Assembly (NCBI RefSeq): GCF_009914755.1 | Contig: NC_060926.1 | Length of the DNA stretch: 64,000 bases | Direction: 5' to 3' (one strand) | Source: the human T2T-CHM13v2.0 reference genome, Homo sapiens | In this document: positions 62,731 to 64,000 of the stretch, piece by piece | How the letters are laid out: the number at the start of each line of letters is the position of its first letter | Position numbering within the stretch: the stretch's first letter is position 1 | The notes under the pieces: model-generated | Told to the model about the DNA's origin: nothing | The model's database searches: none | What the model saw: the letters and a program-made list of their open reading frames with translations, nothing else | Program-made: the position numbers and the translations under genes

Positions 62731-64000
62731 CATGTGTTTCACTAGAAATGACTCACAGAACCCCACATGACCATATTTCTCCTTTAATTTTAATCACCAT
62801 CCCAAATCTTTCACTCATTTATTAACATGAGACTCATAGCCTAGACACTTTTTTTTCTATGTACTATGCAAAAGGGAAATAAGAGGAATAAAGGAAATAA
62901 ATTAAGAGGGAAAGTCACATTTGATTAAGATTAGATATGAAAGCATAGAAAGGACAAAATTGTACAACATGAACACAAAAAGACAAAGAATAGTGATCAT
63001 TTGTAGAGACAGAAGACAAGAATATTTAGGTAAATAAATACTGATAAAGGTAGCTCATGCTATGATGAAACAATAGAGGAAAGAGGGAACAGAACCCACC
63101 CACCCCCATCACTATTAATCCAACAGCTGCAACTCATTTCAGACTTTAAGGGTGAAATAGGCAACAATAGATGGAAATGATGTAAAATTATTGTAGAGAA
63201 GTAGCTACCTTGTGGTAGGTATTATTCTTGGTATTTTCAGTAAAAGAAAAAAGAGGAAGAATTTGATAAAAGTGACTAGAGAGGTTTCCACATTCACAAT
63301 ACCTAAGATCTTTATTTCCTTTTCAGTTAATTTTAACTTCACATTTTAAAATTTAAGTGACATTTAACAGCATATTTTAATATTTATACATAAATTTAAT
63401 ATAACTCATCCTTTATGTGGTTGCTAAATCTATATTCTTGTTCTTCATTTAAAAAATGTAGAAAAAGGCATACAAACAATTGTATAATATGCTTTAAACA
63501 GATGCAGGCTAGGTCAACATGTTCCATATTTATAGGTCTAGCTACCCTTGATTATGGTGCATTCAGTTTCCTGGAGGAAAGGAAGGTAATTGATTATGTT
63601 ATCATTTAAATAAAATGCCAGTGAAAATAATTTAAAAACCAGTTTCACCACCCATATAATATTGTACATAAAAAGACAATCCAAGAAGAAATCAATATAC
63701 TTGAGTAAAAAGACAAATCTCAGTTTCCAGCAACCATATAAATAGCACCTATTGCAAGCTGCTTGCTATCATTAACTATAGTCCTATATACTTAGTAGTA
63801 GCCGAATGTGGAAGAAAGTATGCATACATAGGCTTAACTAATGGGAACATTTTTTTTCTCTTTTCTAAGGCAACATGACTTGTATGTTTCTTTCTAGCAG
63901 AGCCACATTTTTAAGGCAAATGAGTTTGAACCTCAGTATTGAAAGACATGTGAACTTTAAGAGGAGAGTAAAATATATTCTAATATAGAGTGGCGGGAAA

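Overview
Primate (most likely human or ape) AT-rich genomic DNA, judged from AluY/AluS/AluJ, L1P/L1M, THE1 and HERV sequences. Most of the window is decayed retroelements. I recognise no intact host protein-coding gene, RNA gene or CRISPR array, and almost all listed ORFs are retroelement debris or microsatellite artefacts. Main contents: (1) the 3' part of a multiply deleted HERV-K(HML-3)/HERVK9 provirus with its MER9 3' LTR; (2) a tandem THE1/MST MaLR structure; (3) an old L1M carrying a MER11D-like and a THE1 solo LTR; (4) a MER51-like LTR carrying another LTR and an AluY; (5) a four-level nest, old L1M(-) > L1P(+) > deleted HERV9/LTR12 provirus > second MER11D-like LTR; (6) a near full-length L1MA; (7) a twin-primed (5'-inverted) L1MA; (8) MIR/L2 relics and a ~370-bp perfect purine-pyrimidine alternating repeat. 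I found no evidence for a new biological system. The best leads are minus-strand splice signals (including AG|GT recursive-type sites) in the unique 12-14.8 kb island, a co-oriented ERV bias and several templated-insertion or fold-back scars. Subfamily names come from my recall of consensus sequences and need RepeatMasker/Dfam confirmation. Boundaries of old repeats are approximate.
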